Of a DNA stretch of 64,000 nt, positions 19,349-28,802 are shown piece by piece. The DNA is taken from positions 62,001 to 126,000 of the IMG/VR virus record IMGVR_UViG_3300009508_000011; one strand, 5' to 3'. Numbering within the stretch: the first letter of the stretch is position 1; each line of letters begins with the position of its first letter. The notes below the pieces were generated by a model. That model saw only the letters and a list, made by a program, of their open reading frames with translations, did no database searches and had not been told where the DNA came from. The translations under genes and the position numbers were made by a program.

Positions 19349-19507
19349 CTATGTAATTTTTAATGGGCTGTAAGGCATTCTGTAGGGCGTAAACTTTCTC
19401 TTGAATGAAATGTACCCTGCGGCCCTATAAGACTTACGTACGGTCACTACAGGCGTTCTAAGACGGCGTTCTTTCTCCAACTTGAAATCGTAGATTTTAG
19501 CTGTCAT
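19349..19507 (-). CDS. Small basic protein (52 aa), absent from the ORF track
   Basis: Hand translation: MTAKIYDFKLEKERRLRTPVVTVRKSYRAAGYISFKRKFTPYRMPYSPLKIT. AAGGAGAG RBS and early-type promoter at 19540-19560. Confidence 0.6.
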   Translation of the reverse strand: MTAKIYDFKLEKERRLRTPVVTVRKSYRAAGYISFKRKFTPYRMPYSPLKIT

Positions 19508-19539
19508 AATACTCTCCTTTTAATTGGTTATCTCAATAG

Positions 19540-19560
19540 GATAATATAGTTCTGTAATAA
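19540..19560 (-). promoter_or_regulatory. Early-type promoter
   Basis: Minus strand reads TTATTACAGAACTATATTATC. Confidence 0.55.
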
Positions 19561-19599
19561 AATAGCGTAGACGGCATAAGTGACGGCACAGGCCGTCGT

Positions 19600-20095
19600 A
19601 CACACTGAGGTATAACAATCGAAAGTTCTTATGTATTATCGACTCAGGGAGTTTCGCCACTTATGTTTTCTCTTTGCCCTACTAAACTGAATGCCATTAT
19701 GTTATCCACATTAGGGGAATGACTTAGTCAGAGTTCGAAGCAGTGAATCCTTATGGACCACTATTATGTCCCAATTAAGGGATTGTTTTTGTTCGCCAGA
19801 TTGTATTGTTCAGGGTGAGCGATACCGGGTCAAAGGAAGGTGCGTCGATAGCTACCTTTCCTCATCCCCAGCACGGCCCTGCCCCGACGGGTACCACTTG
19901 CCTACTTATGGGATACGTCTACTCTCTTAGGAGGACACCCAGACCGTTAGCGCACGGTTCAAAAAATGGTGATTAGCGAAATTGAATAAACTCTAATCAC
20001 CTTTCAGCTTTTGTGTCCCGTCGAGGCCACCACAGCAACGTCAACGACTCTAAATCCGGAAACCGGAGGGTCGTCTACATACTATAGTGTAAAAG
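19600..20095. ncRNA. Candidate large structured non-coding RNA (unassigned family)
   Basis: ORF-free ~500 nt with local GC of about 60% (37/60 at 19861-19920) and many nested or long-range inverted repeats (see findings). Confidence 0.45.
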
Positions 20096-20100
20096 CTGCA

Positions 20101-21090
20101 TTAAAGGATAAGGTTTGTAGCCGTATCAACTTTATCATTGCCGCTTAACACTTTACCAGTATTTACATTGCGTGAATCAGTATTGCGCCCGTAGTTATCA
20201 ACTTCATCTTGACGAATCTTAACTAGCTCAGATATACCATCCACAGAAATGATATAATGAACTTCAGTTAGGTCATCTTCAAGACCTTCTTCACGGTAAC
20301 CGATACATGAGTATTCAGGATACAGTTCAGGAGCCGGAGCATCTTTATCAGTCATCAATGAGGCAACTGAAATTGGAGCTTCGATTTCTTTAGCGACAGC
20401 TACAGAATCACACACTTCAAGTAACGACAACTGAGCCGGTACATTAGTAGAGTGATTGTAGAAAGCCCAGTTTTGAACATCGCGTTGGTCAAGCTCATCG
20501 TTCTGTTGAGAACAAAGTGCAGACAATGCATGGATAGTAGCTTTACAGATTGCATCTACTTGACTACGACGTGTATCACGACCGTTGTGTTGGTAGCTTA
20601 TAATAGTAGGCTTGTCCAATTGGTCACCGATAGCCGCAAGCGACTTCAACGTGTTCAATGAGTTTGTAGCAGTGATAGATGATTCAGAAGAACCAACTAC
20701 AATAGCAACAGCTGGGATACCACGATTCAACAATTCTTTCATCAGTAGTGGACCAATAACAGAACCTGAACCACCAGATGCTGAGAATGCAACGATGTTG
20801 AATCCAGCAGGAGGTTGTTTAATAAGACACTGGCGTACTGTATCGTTAATCGCACTTGCGTTATCACGACGTACTTTACCAGAACCTTCACCTTCATCAA
20901 CCGCTAGGAAGAAAGGTAGATTTGCTTGCTTGTGTTTGTCGGTAAGGTTAGATACAGAAGTATCGATTAAGCCTACTTCAATCTCAGAAAAGCCACGAGC
21001 GTTTCCGTCACCAGCGAATGGAGTCACTAGGTTAATACCACAGCCACCACAGCCGTACAAACGAATTGTATTATTAGTTTCGTTTTGCAT
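20101..21090 (-). CDS. phuZ: PhuZ phage tubulin
   Basis: LYGCGGCGINL, GEGSGKVR, tubulin signature SASGGSGSVIGP, and a short C-terminal tail ending NLIL. Confidence 0.93.
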   Translation of the reverse strand: MQNETNNTIRLYGCGGCGINLVTPFAGDGNARGFSEIEVGLIDTSVSNLTDKHKQANLPFFLAVDEGEGSGKVRRDNASAINDTVRQCLIKQPPAGFNIVAFSASGGSGSVIGPLLMKELLNRGIPAVAIVVGSSESSITATNSLNTLKSLAAIGDQLDKPTIISYQHNGRDTRRSQVDAICKATIHALSALCSQQNDELDQRDVQNWAFYNHSTNVPAQLSLLEVCDSVAVAKEIEAPISVASLMTDKDAPAPELYPEYSCIGYREEGLEDDLTEVHYIISVDGISELVKIRQDEVDNYGRNTDSRNVNTGKVLSGNDKVDTATNLIL

Positions 21091-21110
21091 CAGTTTGTTT
21101 CCTTTAGTTA

Positions 21111-21803
21111 CTAATATTTAGAATAATCGATTTCTGTGTATTGACCGGGACCATGGATAGGATAACGGAATACTACACTTATACGAACTTGATGATTGGC
21201 TCTAGCTTCAGCATTTGAAATCTGTTGACGCCACCAGTCACGGGGTTTAACGCAAACGTGTGCGTTACGACCATCTGGTAAGGTAGTTAATGCAGGACCT
21301 AAATGAATAGATACATGCAATACCTTAGTAGAGAGTTTTAATAACTCATCTAGGAACCATGGGATGTCTTGAGGTGGGATATGTTCTAATACATCAGTAC
21401 ATACTACCATCTCAGCTGGGAAGTCAGGATAATTAGACAACTCCTTGATTCCAGGGTCATACATCTTAATAAACGGTCTGCCCAGATAATCATAAACAGA
21501 AGGCCATTCAGGACTTAGTTTAACGTCATCTACTTCCTTAACAGTTTTCTTGTCAAGGAACTTATGTTTAAAGAATGCATCTGGGTTACCGCAACCAAAA
21601 TTAATTAGTGAGCGGCAATCATTCTTTTCCATCAACTGCTTAATGGTTGGTGCTTCTTTAGCATATTCCCCATTAGCAAACATTTCTTCAGGTGCTAATT
21701 TTCTATCATTAGAAAGAGTAGCGCCCTCAGTTGAATAGAGCAAACGATATTGCTCACCAAGTGATAAGTAATCGTCACTCGGGTTCTGTCTTGTATACTT
21801 CAT
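21111..21803 (-). CDS. Class I SAM-dependent methyltransferase (glycan/small-molecule type)
   Basis: SLINFGCG (motif I), MYDPG, VVCTDVLEHIP, NAH....P..WW. Confidence 0.75.
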   Translation of the reverse strand: MKYTRQNPSDDYLSLGEQYRLLYSTEGATLSNDRKLAPEEMFANGEYAKEAPTIKQLMEKNDCRSLINFGCGNPDAFFKHKFLDKKTVKEVDDVKLSPEWPSVYDYLGRPFIKMYDPGIKELSNYPDFPAEMVVCTDVLEHIPPQDIPWFLDELLKLSTKVLHVSIHLGPALTTLPDGRNAHVCVKPRDWWRQQISNAEARANHQVRISVVFRYPIHGPGQYTEIDYSKY

Positions 21804-21833
21804 TTTTTAAAACCCTATGTGTCACGGTTAGAC

Positions 21834-21860
21834 ATAAATAACTGATGACGTGTAAATTTT
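21834..21860 (-). promoter_or_regulatory. Middle-type promoter upstream of the methyltransferase-phuZ operon
   Basis: AAAATTTACACGTCATCAGTTATTTAT. Confidence 0.5.
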
Positions 21861-21868
21861 ATCTCGTC

Positions 21869-21891
21869 AAAAGAAAGGGGAACTAGTCCCC
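21869..21891 (-). terminator. Intrinsic terminator
   Basis: GGGGA/TCCCC stem plus U-tract. Confidence 0.65.
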
Positions 21892-21897
21892 AGACTT

Positions 21898-22626
21898 TTA
21901 TAACGTACTATAGCTTCTGAACTGTAGGTCAGGAAACACCTTTTCTTCGCTTGTATCAGCAAGATATGTATTCAATACTCTACGGTCATTCATTAACTTA
22001 GCAATCTTAGCGTCTGTAGTCTTCTTAGGTAAGAGACGGTCTTCTTCATTAACAATGAAGCGTTCTTCCAAAAGAATGTCTAACAGGTACTCCTGAATGG
22101 CTTTAAGATAACGCTTGGCTTTACGTTCTTCATCTGATTGTAAAGGTTCAACTTGTAATTCCATCCAAGCCACTTTAGAAGACGGTGGAGGGTTAACAAG
22201 CATGAAGCAACGAGTACGGTCACGGTAGAATGCAAAGTCACCTATCTCAGCATCGTCTAAGTCCTGTAGGTCAGAGACATCATCAATAGGCCATTGGGAT
22301 ACAGATACTGGAATACCTCCAGGAGTCTTACCATCACCAACCCAGAAGCGTCTATCGTCAGCAGTAAATAAAGGCTCACCTAGGTCAGGTACAAAAGAAG
22401 GCCTTGCTTCGTTCAACCCCACTCTTATGCGAATTGGTATATGAACAGTAGACTTCTTAGCTACCTTATCGGCTGCCTTAAGTGGTCCGGGTATGCTCTT
22501 CTTCTGAGATACATCACCATTTTTGTCGCCCTGTTTGATAGCAGCTCTAGGACTCACATTACGGCGCGACCTTCTTTTAGATTTGTTGGATTTATTACCC
22601 GTAGGGTTTTTATCTTCACCAGTCAT
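21898..22626 (-). CDS. Protein with a basic N-terminus and a tail-fibre/Mtd N-terminal-like motif
   Basis: GEPLFTADDRRFWVGDGKTPGG motif, shared with 44170 and 44774. Confidence 0.6.
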   Translation of the reverse strand: MTGEDKNPTGNKSNKSKRRSRRNVSPRAAIKQGDKNGDVSQKKSIPGPLKAADKVAKKSTVHIPIRIRVGLNEARPSFVPDLGEPLFTADDRRFWVGDGKTPGGIPVSVSQWPIDDVSDLQDLDDAEIGDFAFYRDRTRCFMLVNPPPSSKVAWMELQVEPLQSDEERKAKRYLKAIQEYLLDILLEERFIVNEEDRLLPKKTTDAKIAKLMNDRRVLNTYLADTSEEKVFPDLQFRSYSTL

Positions 22627-22657
22627 TTTTCAACGTCCTTTAATTTTTGGAGTTAAC

Positions 22658-23473
22658 ATGGGTGCTATAGAAAAAGCAATCAGTGAGGTCCGTTTTGCAA
22701 TCCCATACGAGATACTTAACGAGACCTTTAAGTTAGAAACTAATTATACCTCAGGGCGTTCGTCCGGTGTAAGAACTTCACTTGAAGCACGCATCAGAGA
22801 AGAAATACTAGAGAATAAAGTTCTAGTAGATTGTAATCTGATGGGCGGTCATGAAGTAGTCGTCCCCTTATCAGGCCTTCAAGTACGGTACAACATTGAT
22901 AGAACCTTTGTAGTTACTATACCTAAGAGCAGAACTGAGGGACAGAGTATTACTTCTGTACTTAGTGTTGCCCAAGCACCAGATGGGTGGTTAGGAAGCG
23001 TTTACGCTGGACCACAAGCTGGTACTGCACACAACAATCAAATGGAAGCCCTTTTCAGTTCAGTTGTATCTGGAAGAGGACAAAGTTTAATTGATGCTCG
23101 TGTACGTTTAATCGGTGACAATATCGTATTTGTTAAATTAGTGGATGAAACCACCAGTGATTTATTCTTAAGATGTCGTGTTGGCTCTGACAGTAATATG
23201 TCTAGATTACCAGCAACCTCTTGGTTAGACTTCTCTGAACTTGTTATACTTGCCTGTAAAGCCCACATCTACAGAGAACTAAGTATCCGTATGGATGAGG
23301 GTCAATTATCAGGTGGTCTAAATCTTGGTAAGTTCAAAGAGATAATTGATGAGTATGCAGATTCTCGTCAACTGTACAATGAGTTCATCCATGAAAAATG
23401 GCCACGTATAGCTGCCATCACTGATGAGGAACGACATAGTAAAGTAATCCAAAGTCAATTCGGAAGATTTTAA
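22658..23473 (+). CDS. Conserved phiKZ-like (probable virion) protein
   Basis: Start moved to ATG 22658 (GGAG RBS). MGAIEKAISEV..IP.EIL and ACKAHIY motifs are recalled from phiKZ-like core genes. Confidence 0.65.
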   Translation: MGAIEKAISEVRFAIPYEILNETFKLETNYTSGRSSGVRTSLEARIREEILENKVLVDCNLMGGHEVVVPLSGLQVRYNIDRTFVVTIPKSRTEGQSITSVLSVAQAPDGWLGSVYAGPQAGTAHNNQMEALFSSVVSGRGQSLIDARVRLIGDNIVFVKLVDETTSDLFLRCRVGSDSNMSRLPATSWLDFSELVILACKAHIYRELSIRMDEGQLSGGLNLGKFKEIIDEYADSRQLYNEFIHEKWPRIAAITDEERHSKVIQSQFGRF

Positions 23474-23667
23474 TATATCGTATCAATAAGGGAGTCCCTA
23501 GTGGGCTCCCAGTTTTATGAGGCTTAAAAGAATTAAGCGTACATAAGGCCCTCTCCTCCTAGCGTCGTTTCGTCTAGGTTTACTCACATACGTTCGTAGA
23601 TTCAATTCAACTCTCGTAGACAAGCTACTCGACTTTTTATTCAAATATTAAGTTACTTGAGTAAAAT

Positions 23668-23982
23668 TTATTTATTGAACTGATGCCAGAATATACGGAG
23701 CTTGCCTATGAAACACGTACTGCGATAACGCCTTAGGATAAAGTCATAACGTTTACCCAACTTATCCATTTCATGTCCTAACTCTTTTTTATTGAGTTCG
23801 GTCATCTTTGGGTTCCTGAATTTAGATACGCAGCGTAGCTTATACTCTAGCAGTAGTATTTGCTCACCTAGCTTCCTTTCAGTAAGTCGGTTAAACCTTT
23901 TGAACAGACTTCCTAATGCAGAGGAGAGTTCCCTGTCGTTTACTTTATGCGACATTGGTGGAACCCTCGACTTGTTATTCAT
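23668..23982 (-). CDS. Basic hypothetical protein (104 aa)
   Basis: ORF with a middle-type promoter motif upstream. Confidence 0.5.
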   Translation of the reverse strand: MNNKSRVPPMSHKVNDRELSSALGSLFKRFNRLTERKLGEQILLLEYKLRCVSKFRNPKMTELNKKELGHEMDKLGKRYDFILRRYRSTCFIGKLRIFWHQFNK

Positions 23983-24074
23983 AACAAAAGTTTAATTTTA
24001 CATATACTGGTTATTCTAAGATAACGAGTGTGCATTTTTACACCACCATTTTTAATAGAAATTGGAGATAAACG

Positions 24075-24425
24075 ATGAGCGATTTACCATCGACAGAAGA
24101 TTTACCACAGCTAGTAGCGGACATGCAACTACAGTTAAAACAACAGCAACAACAAATTGTTTCATTGCAATCTGGTGCTCGCAACTTAGGTGGTAATTTA
24201 AACTTCCTACGTGACCTTGTAGAAGAAAGTGTACACTTAACTGAGCAAACATCAGGTATAGTTGTAGAACACGTTACAACGCTTGATAGACGCATGGACT
24301 CGGTAGGTACAATCTTCACTGACAAAATTAAACGCACTCTAAAAGAGATGGGTGAAACCAACTTGATGGAACACGTTGTTGGTCAGGTAGAATTAGATGA
24401 GTCGGTAGAATCCGAACAGGAGTAA
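24075..24425 (+). CDS. Coiled-coil protein
   Basis: GGAG RBS, Q-rich heptads; first gene of the plus-strand glycosyltransferase operon. Confidence 0.65.
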   Translation: MSDLPSTEDLPQLVADMQLQLKQQQQQIVSLQSGARNLGGNLNFLRDLVEESVHLTEQTSGIVVEHVTTLDRRMDSVGTIFTDKIKRTLKEMGETNLMEHVVGQVELDESVESEQE

Positions 24426-24431
24426 GCTATT

Positions 24432-25280
24432 ATGGGATTACTATACGAGAAAACAGTAAAGTTCGATAGTAAGGCCGGTAAGCTAGCTCACTCTGGTTAC
24501 TTGTCTCGTGCAGATGCCATTGCTGAATCTAATAAGGTTTACAAGTATCTGGAAGAACGTTGTAAAGAACTAAAACGTAAATTGTCTTATGACCTATCCT
24601 ACAATGGTTTCCCCAATGACCTAATTGTCACGGAAGCTTTTGGTGGCCACGGTTGTTTGATTATTCATCCAGCTGACGATGACTTTACCATTAAGTTACT
24701 TAAGGGTTGTGGTTCTGGCGATAGGGACTATGGGTTCTTACTTGAGAAGAAAGATAAGTATACCCTGTTCGATGCTGAGCACCCAGCTAAGAAAGTAGTT
24801 GTATTACCCGGTACTAACTTATTGTGTCGTATGTCTAAAAACGTTATGAAAGGTTTAAACAAACCTGACGTTTATTACAAACCTCATCCAATCACTACAG
24901 AATTTTATATACGTGAAATTGAAGTAGCCGTAGGTAAAGATAAAGTAATTAACAAACTTGCCTCTGGTGCTGAAGTGGTTGCCAATGCTGATGAAGTATG
25001 GGTATCTCGTTCTACTGAACTTGGACTATATGCTAAGTTGGATGGTAAGAAAGTCCACACCTATCGCGTTGAGTACCAAAACAAAGGTAGTTACTTTGGT
25101 TTATATGACCAAATAGAACGCATTGAAGAAGTACTATCAACTCCTCGTTCCGGAGTAATCTTCCCAAGTGATGATTATAAAGAACAGATTGATGAATATC
25201 TAGCTTATTACGAAGAGATGGTTAAAGGTTATAAGCCTAAAGCCAAAGCGCGTAAAAAGAATAAGAAGAAGAGGAAGTAA
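24432..25280 (+). CDS. KpsS/KpsC-like GT-B glycosyltransferase, putative CMP-Kdo-dependent (beta-Kdo) transferase
   Basis: YYKPHP (HP motif) followed by ADEVWVSRSTELGLYAKLDGKKV, matching the aD.V.t..S..G.eA.l.GK.V motif of capsule-synthesis CMP-sugar transferases. Confidence 0.55.
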   Translation: MGLLYEKTVKFDSKAGKLAHSGYLSRADAIAESNKVYKYLEERCKELKRKLSYDLSYNGFPNDLIVTEAFGGHGCLIIHPADDDFTIKLLKGCGSGDRDYGFLLEKKDKYTLFDAEHPAKKVVVLPGTNLLCRMSKNVMKGLNKPDVYYKPHPITTEFYIREIEVAVGKDKVINKLASGAEVVANADEVWVSRSTELGLYAKLDGKKVHTYRVEYQNKGSYFGLYDQIERIEEVLSTPRSGVIFPSDDYKEQIDEYLAYYEEMVKGYKPKAKARKKNKKKRK

Positions 25281-25283
25281 CCA

Positions 25284-26252
25284 ATGATTGTTTTTACTTG
25301 TGTAAATAAAGAAAGTGAAGACGCAGCGGTTATTTGGGCTGCTTCTTTATCTAAGGCATTGAAAGGTGGTAATGGTGGAGTTAAGACTTACATGTTCCAT
25401 ACCCCAGATGTCAATGTATCACGGTTCACTGACTTCAATGTATTCTGTGTATCCATAGGTGATATGTCTAACCTTACTCGTAAAGAAGTACTGGTTAAAG
25501 TATTGGACATGATGCATGAACGTTCTTTCGGTGAAAAGGTATTCTACACGGATACTGATGTACTATGGCAGAATCATCTTGACGAGTTAAAATCAGCTCC
25601 CTTAAATAGTAAGGTTTGGCTGGCAGCTCGTAACGACTTAGTCTTCTATGACCAAGAACGTAACAAGAAGTTCTACCCTCACTACGACCCTGAGTTTGAA
25701 CGTAAGTTAATGATTCACCCAGATGGCTATCTGAATAGTGATGTATTGTATATCTTCCTTGAAGGTATGTACGCAGCTCTACGTTCTAAGGGATTCACTT
25801 CTATGGATGAATTCTATCAGCAGTGTAAGGCTAAGAACAACTACTCGGTAGAGGATTGTTTCAATCTAATTGCTGGTGAGTATGTTAACTTGTTTGACAG
25901 ATACAATGCCTTCGCTGAAGATGTGTTCGAATTAGACTTTGGTGAGATGTTGGGTAGACGTGCGGATATTCGTAATTCACACCTCATTAACTTTCGTGGT
26001 GTACATAAACCATGGCGTGAATGTAGTGACTTCGATTTACCTGAACTGGCTGGTGCTCAGTACCCTTACGACTTTTACTTAGCAGCTTGTGAAATGTTCC
26101 GTACATATATCACAACAGACTTCCTCGAAAAGGTTAGAGCAAACGCTAAACGCTATAGCCTGATTAATGACTGGGATAGAGAAATTCTAGCTAAGTCAGG
26201 ACCATTGAAGAAGAAGTTATCTGAGTTTAAAGAACAACTTAAGAATCAGTAG
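25284..26252 (+). CDS. Glycosyltransferase family 8 (GT-A)
   Basis: VFYTDTDVL (DxD), YLNSDV, VEDCFN, RYNAF and HLINFRGVHKPW match GT8 motifs. Confidence 0.75.
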   Translation: MIVFTCVNKESEDAAVIWAASLSKALKGGNGGVKTYMFHTPDVNVSRFTDFNVFCVSIGDMSNLTRKEVLVKVLDMMHERSFGEKVFYTDTDVLWQNHLDELKSAPLNSKVWLAARNDLVFYDQERNKKFYPHYDPEFERKLMIHPDGYLNSDVLYIFLEGMYAALRSKGFTSMDEFYQQCKAKNNYSVEDCFNLIAGEYVNLFDRYNAFAEDVFELDFGEMLGRRADIRNSHLINFRGVHKPWRECSDFDLPELAGAQYPYDFYLAACEMFRTYITTDFLEKVRANAKRYSLINDWDREILAKSGPLKKKLSEFKEQLKNQ

Positions 26253-26292
26253 ACAGCATAAGCAGGGGTTCCTAGGAACCCCTAATTTATGT
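26252..26292. terminator. Bidirectional terminator flanked by TTATG motifs
   Basis: AGGGGTTCCTAGGAACCCCT between convergent genes. Confidence 0.75.
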
Positions 26293-26296
26293 CCGA

Positions 26297-26839
26297 TTAA
26301 CGATTAATGGCTTCCACCTCATAGGCAATTGCTACGCGTAGTTTATCAATAATCTTTTCTTCCGGTGCACCTTTCTTAACTTCTTGCGCTACAAGAAACC
26401 AGTCTAGTGACCCATTTTTATTCCCAGAAGAAGCAATCTTTGAGGCCACAGCGCCATTTTCAATCTTTGACTTTATAATGCCAATACTAATACGGATATG
26501 TAAAGGTGTATGTCTCATACCACCCACAGCCATATTAGAGATTATCTGATAGTCTGGACCAGTTAATTTATCAAACCACGGTAGAATAGCCAATACTGAC
26601 TTTGTATCGTGACAGAGGTAACGCTCACATTCTTTTTCCAATGCAGCTTGCCACTGGGCACAATTGATATCCACTGGGTCTTTTAGTTTATCCAATTTCG
26701 CATAAATGTCATCTGCTACGATATCTAATATCTTAGCATTGAAATTCTCTAATTGCATTTCCCAAACGAGAGTAGCCAGTACTCCTTTAATTTTAGCTAT
26801 GGCAACAGCCTTTAAGATTTCATCAGAATCGAGAATCAT
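26297..26839 (-). CDS. Hypothetical helical protein (180 aa)
   Basis: ORF with AAGGA RBS. Confidence 0.65.
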   Translation of the reverse strand: MILDSDEILKAVAIAKIKGVLATLVWEMQLENFNAKILDIVADDIYAKLDKLKDPVDINCAQWQAALEKECERYLCHDTKSVLAILPWFDKLTGPDYQIISNMAVGGMRHTPLHIRISIGIIKSKIENGAVASKIASSGNKNGSLDWFLVAQEVKKGAPEEKIIDKLRVAIAYEVEAINR

Positions 26840-26907
26840 TTTTTATCCTTTTATATTTTCATTGTTTAACTAACTTACATACAGCACAGCTATAAGTTAG
26901 TTATTTA

Positions 26908-27378
26908 TTATTCTAAGTACGAGGCATAACTACGTACTTCACTATACCCTTCAATGAAACCCTTAGAACTAAAAGTAGTTGGTCCTATGTGAACAACAGA
27001 TTTAGTTAGGAACTCATCTATGGCATACTTTATATCACTTTCTTTCTTAGGCCACAGCACTAGATTTCCACCTGCACAATTACCATCATACTTTACTATA
27101 CGTCCATTGATGTCCCAAGTGTTCGGGAGTTTGGTTCCATCAAGTAGGTCACATATGTCACCGTCGGAAGTATCGGAATTAGACAACACCAATTCTATCC
27201 GCATAGTTTTATCGTAATACAATCTTAGTTTGACGATATAGCCAGCAGAGGATACCCTAGTTGGGGATTCAAAGACAATGTCCTTTACCCTTAACCATGT
27301 GGGTGGTTGCGAATTACCTGCCGGTATTACGTAAAGTGGGAATAGTAAAGTTAAAATTACTATAAATGCTTTAAGCAT
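26908..27378 (-). CDS. Exported hypothetical protein
   Basis: Signal peptide-like MLKAFIVILTLLFPLYVIPA; a Cys pair may form a disulfide. Confidence 0.6.
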   Translation of the reverse strand: MLKAFIVILTLLFPLYVIPAGNSQPPTWLRVKDIVFESPTRVSSAGYIVKLRLYYDKTMRIELVLSNSDTSDGDICDLLDGTKLPNTWDINGRIVKYDGNCAGGNLVLWPKKESDIKYAIDEFLTKSVVHIGPTTFSSKGFIEGYSEVRSYASYLE

Positions 27379-27387
27379 AATTAAGCC

Positions 27388-27837
27388 CTAGTCTGGTTGA
27401 TAAAAGTTAATAGTGACGTTATCTTGGCATAAGTAATGTTCGACCATAGGACGAACTTCATTTATATCCAATCCTCCAGCACCACACCCTAGCGGGGGTA
27501 CGTGAAATTCATCTATAGGAGTCCTAGGTATACAACTACCCAGTTTCTCTAAGTTGTCTTGCACCCATTCTAACTTACTTGAGTTCCGCCATTCATACTT
27601 AGTTGGGAAAAGTAGTATAGCGTAATTATCCTTTATCAAATAAAGTTTTAATGTGTTTATCTTAAAATCACCCTTTCTACAAATAGAACGGTAATCCCTA
27701 AAGATATCGGGGTATCTGTCTTTACATTCCTTTGCTAGACCTAACCCCATTACACCCACGCAATTCACAGGAATAAGGACAATACCGGAATCGTTATCCC
27801 ATATGTCCTCACCAGTCCTTAAAACGAGTCCTGACAT
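27388..27837 (-). CDS. Macrodomain (Appr-1-p processing / DarG-TARG1-like) protein
   Basis: GEDIW, IPVNCVGVMGLGLAKECKDRYP, LFPTKYEW, PPLGCGAGGLD. Confidence 0.85.
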   Translation of the reverse strand: MSGLVLRTGEDIWDNDSGIVLIPVNCVGVMGLGLAKECKDRYPDIFRDYRSICRKGDFKINTLKLYLIKDNYAILLFPTKYEWRNSSKLEWVQDNLEKLGSCIPRTPIDEFHVPPLGCGAGGLDINEVRPMVEHYLCQDNVTINFYQPD

Positions 27838-27980
27838 TTAACCTCACCGATTGAATCAGCGATAGCCCCAACTATGTTATCGTTGTCTGGAACGTTCATG
27901 GATTTAACCTCAGATTGAAACTTATCTACATCGTAGTTATGTTCAACGAAAGGTACTTCTTTATCATTACAACCATCCAT

Positions 27981-28802
27981 TTAGACCATCTCCTTAGAAC
28001 AGGTTACTCGTAGGGCACGTACTTTAGAATTACGTAAATTCCTTGTTGTAGTTAAACCCTCATGTTGAATCAATGCGGTGGAGTTAAGATAACTATCTCT
28101 ATCGTTATAGATATCGCGTTTATCATAAGTTGTTAATCCACGTTTTACTTCCACTGGTTTGGTTAACTCGGGCACGTCAACTAAAATACCGGCAACTTCA
28201 TTCCATCTGTCAGATTCAATAAATCCAACTATTTTTAAATGTTCTTCTTCAAGTTTACTTATACGGTATACTTTCTTACCTACACGAATAACGCAAGATA
28301 TATAACCACGACCATATATATTTTTTAATTGTCTTTTGAAGTCATTAACACCAGATACTTTATTCCACTTAAGAAGTTTCATCTTCTTAGTATCACCAGG
28401 TAGCCATTCATCACGCTTAATGTCTTCTAGTGTTTGCCAAGGCTCATCATTTTTCTTCAATGGACTAAGTACGAAACCAGCAGCTGAGTGCTGACCCAAC
28501 AATGCTTTCTTGGCACAGATGCCAGATTTATCTGCACCATCCCTTGCCTGACTATGCCAGAGGAATAAATAGGTACCATGTTCTAACCTAGGTGATAAGT
28601 CATTCATTAATTCAACTACCGATGGGTAACAACAACTATATTGCTCACCTTCTATCGTTGCTTCGATACCGTCGAAGTATTTAACTACCTTTAACACTAC
28701 TCCTGATGAGTAAGGTCTAATGGTAACGCCCTTGGATAGGGACGAATCGCTTATGTTACCAAGAACCATATGTTCTCTTTTAAAAGAGTTATCTTTACGC
28801 AT
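27981..28802 (-). CDS. Hypothetical protein (273 aa)
   Basis: ORF with AAAGGAG RBS. Confidence 0.65.
   Translation of the reverse strand: MRKDNSFKREHMVLGNISDSSLSKGVTIRPYSSGVVLKVVKYFDGIEATIEGEQYSCCYPSVVELMNDLSPRLEHGTYLFLWHSQARDGADKSGICAKKALLGQHSAAGFVLSPLKKNDEPWQTLEDIKRDEWLPGDTKKMKLLKWNKVSGVNDFKRQLKNIYGRGYISCVIRVGKKVYRISKLEEEHLKIVGFIESDRWNEVAGILVDVPELTKPVEVKRGLTTYDKRDIYNDRDSYLNSTALIQHEGLTTTRNLRNSKVRALRVTCSKEMV

Noticed and set aside
19820-19870. RNase P RNA or tmRNA identity for the structured region (GGGGATGAGGAAAG on the minus strand)
   Set aside because: The GAGGAAAGUCC core and matching 3' strand are not conserved, and no tRNA-like tmRNA ends were found.
20612-21121. 169-aa plus-strand ORF antisense to phuZ, and similar shadow ORFs (363-665, 2341-2709, 8337-8741, 24038-24361, 41105-41416, 55133-55539, 60935-61246)
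   Set aside because: They lie within or opposite well-supported genes, lack RBSs, and reflect codon-bias shadows.
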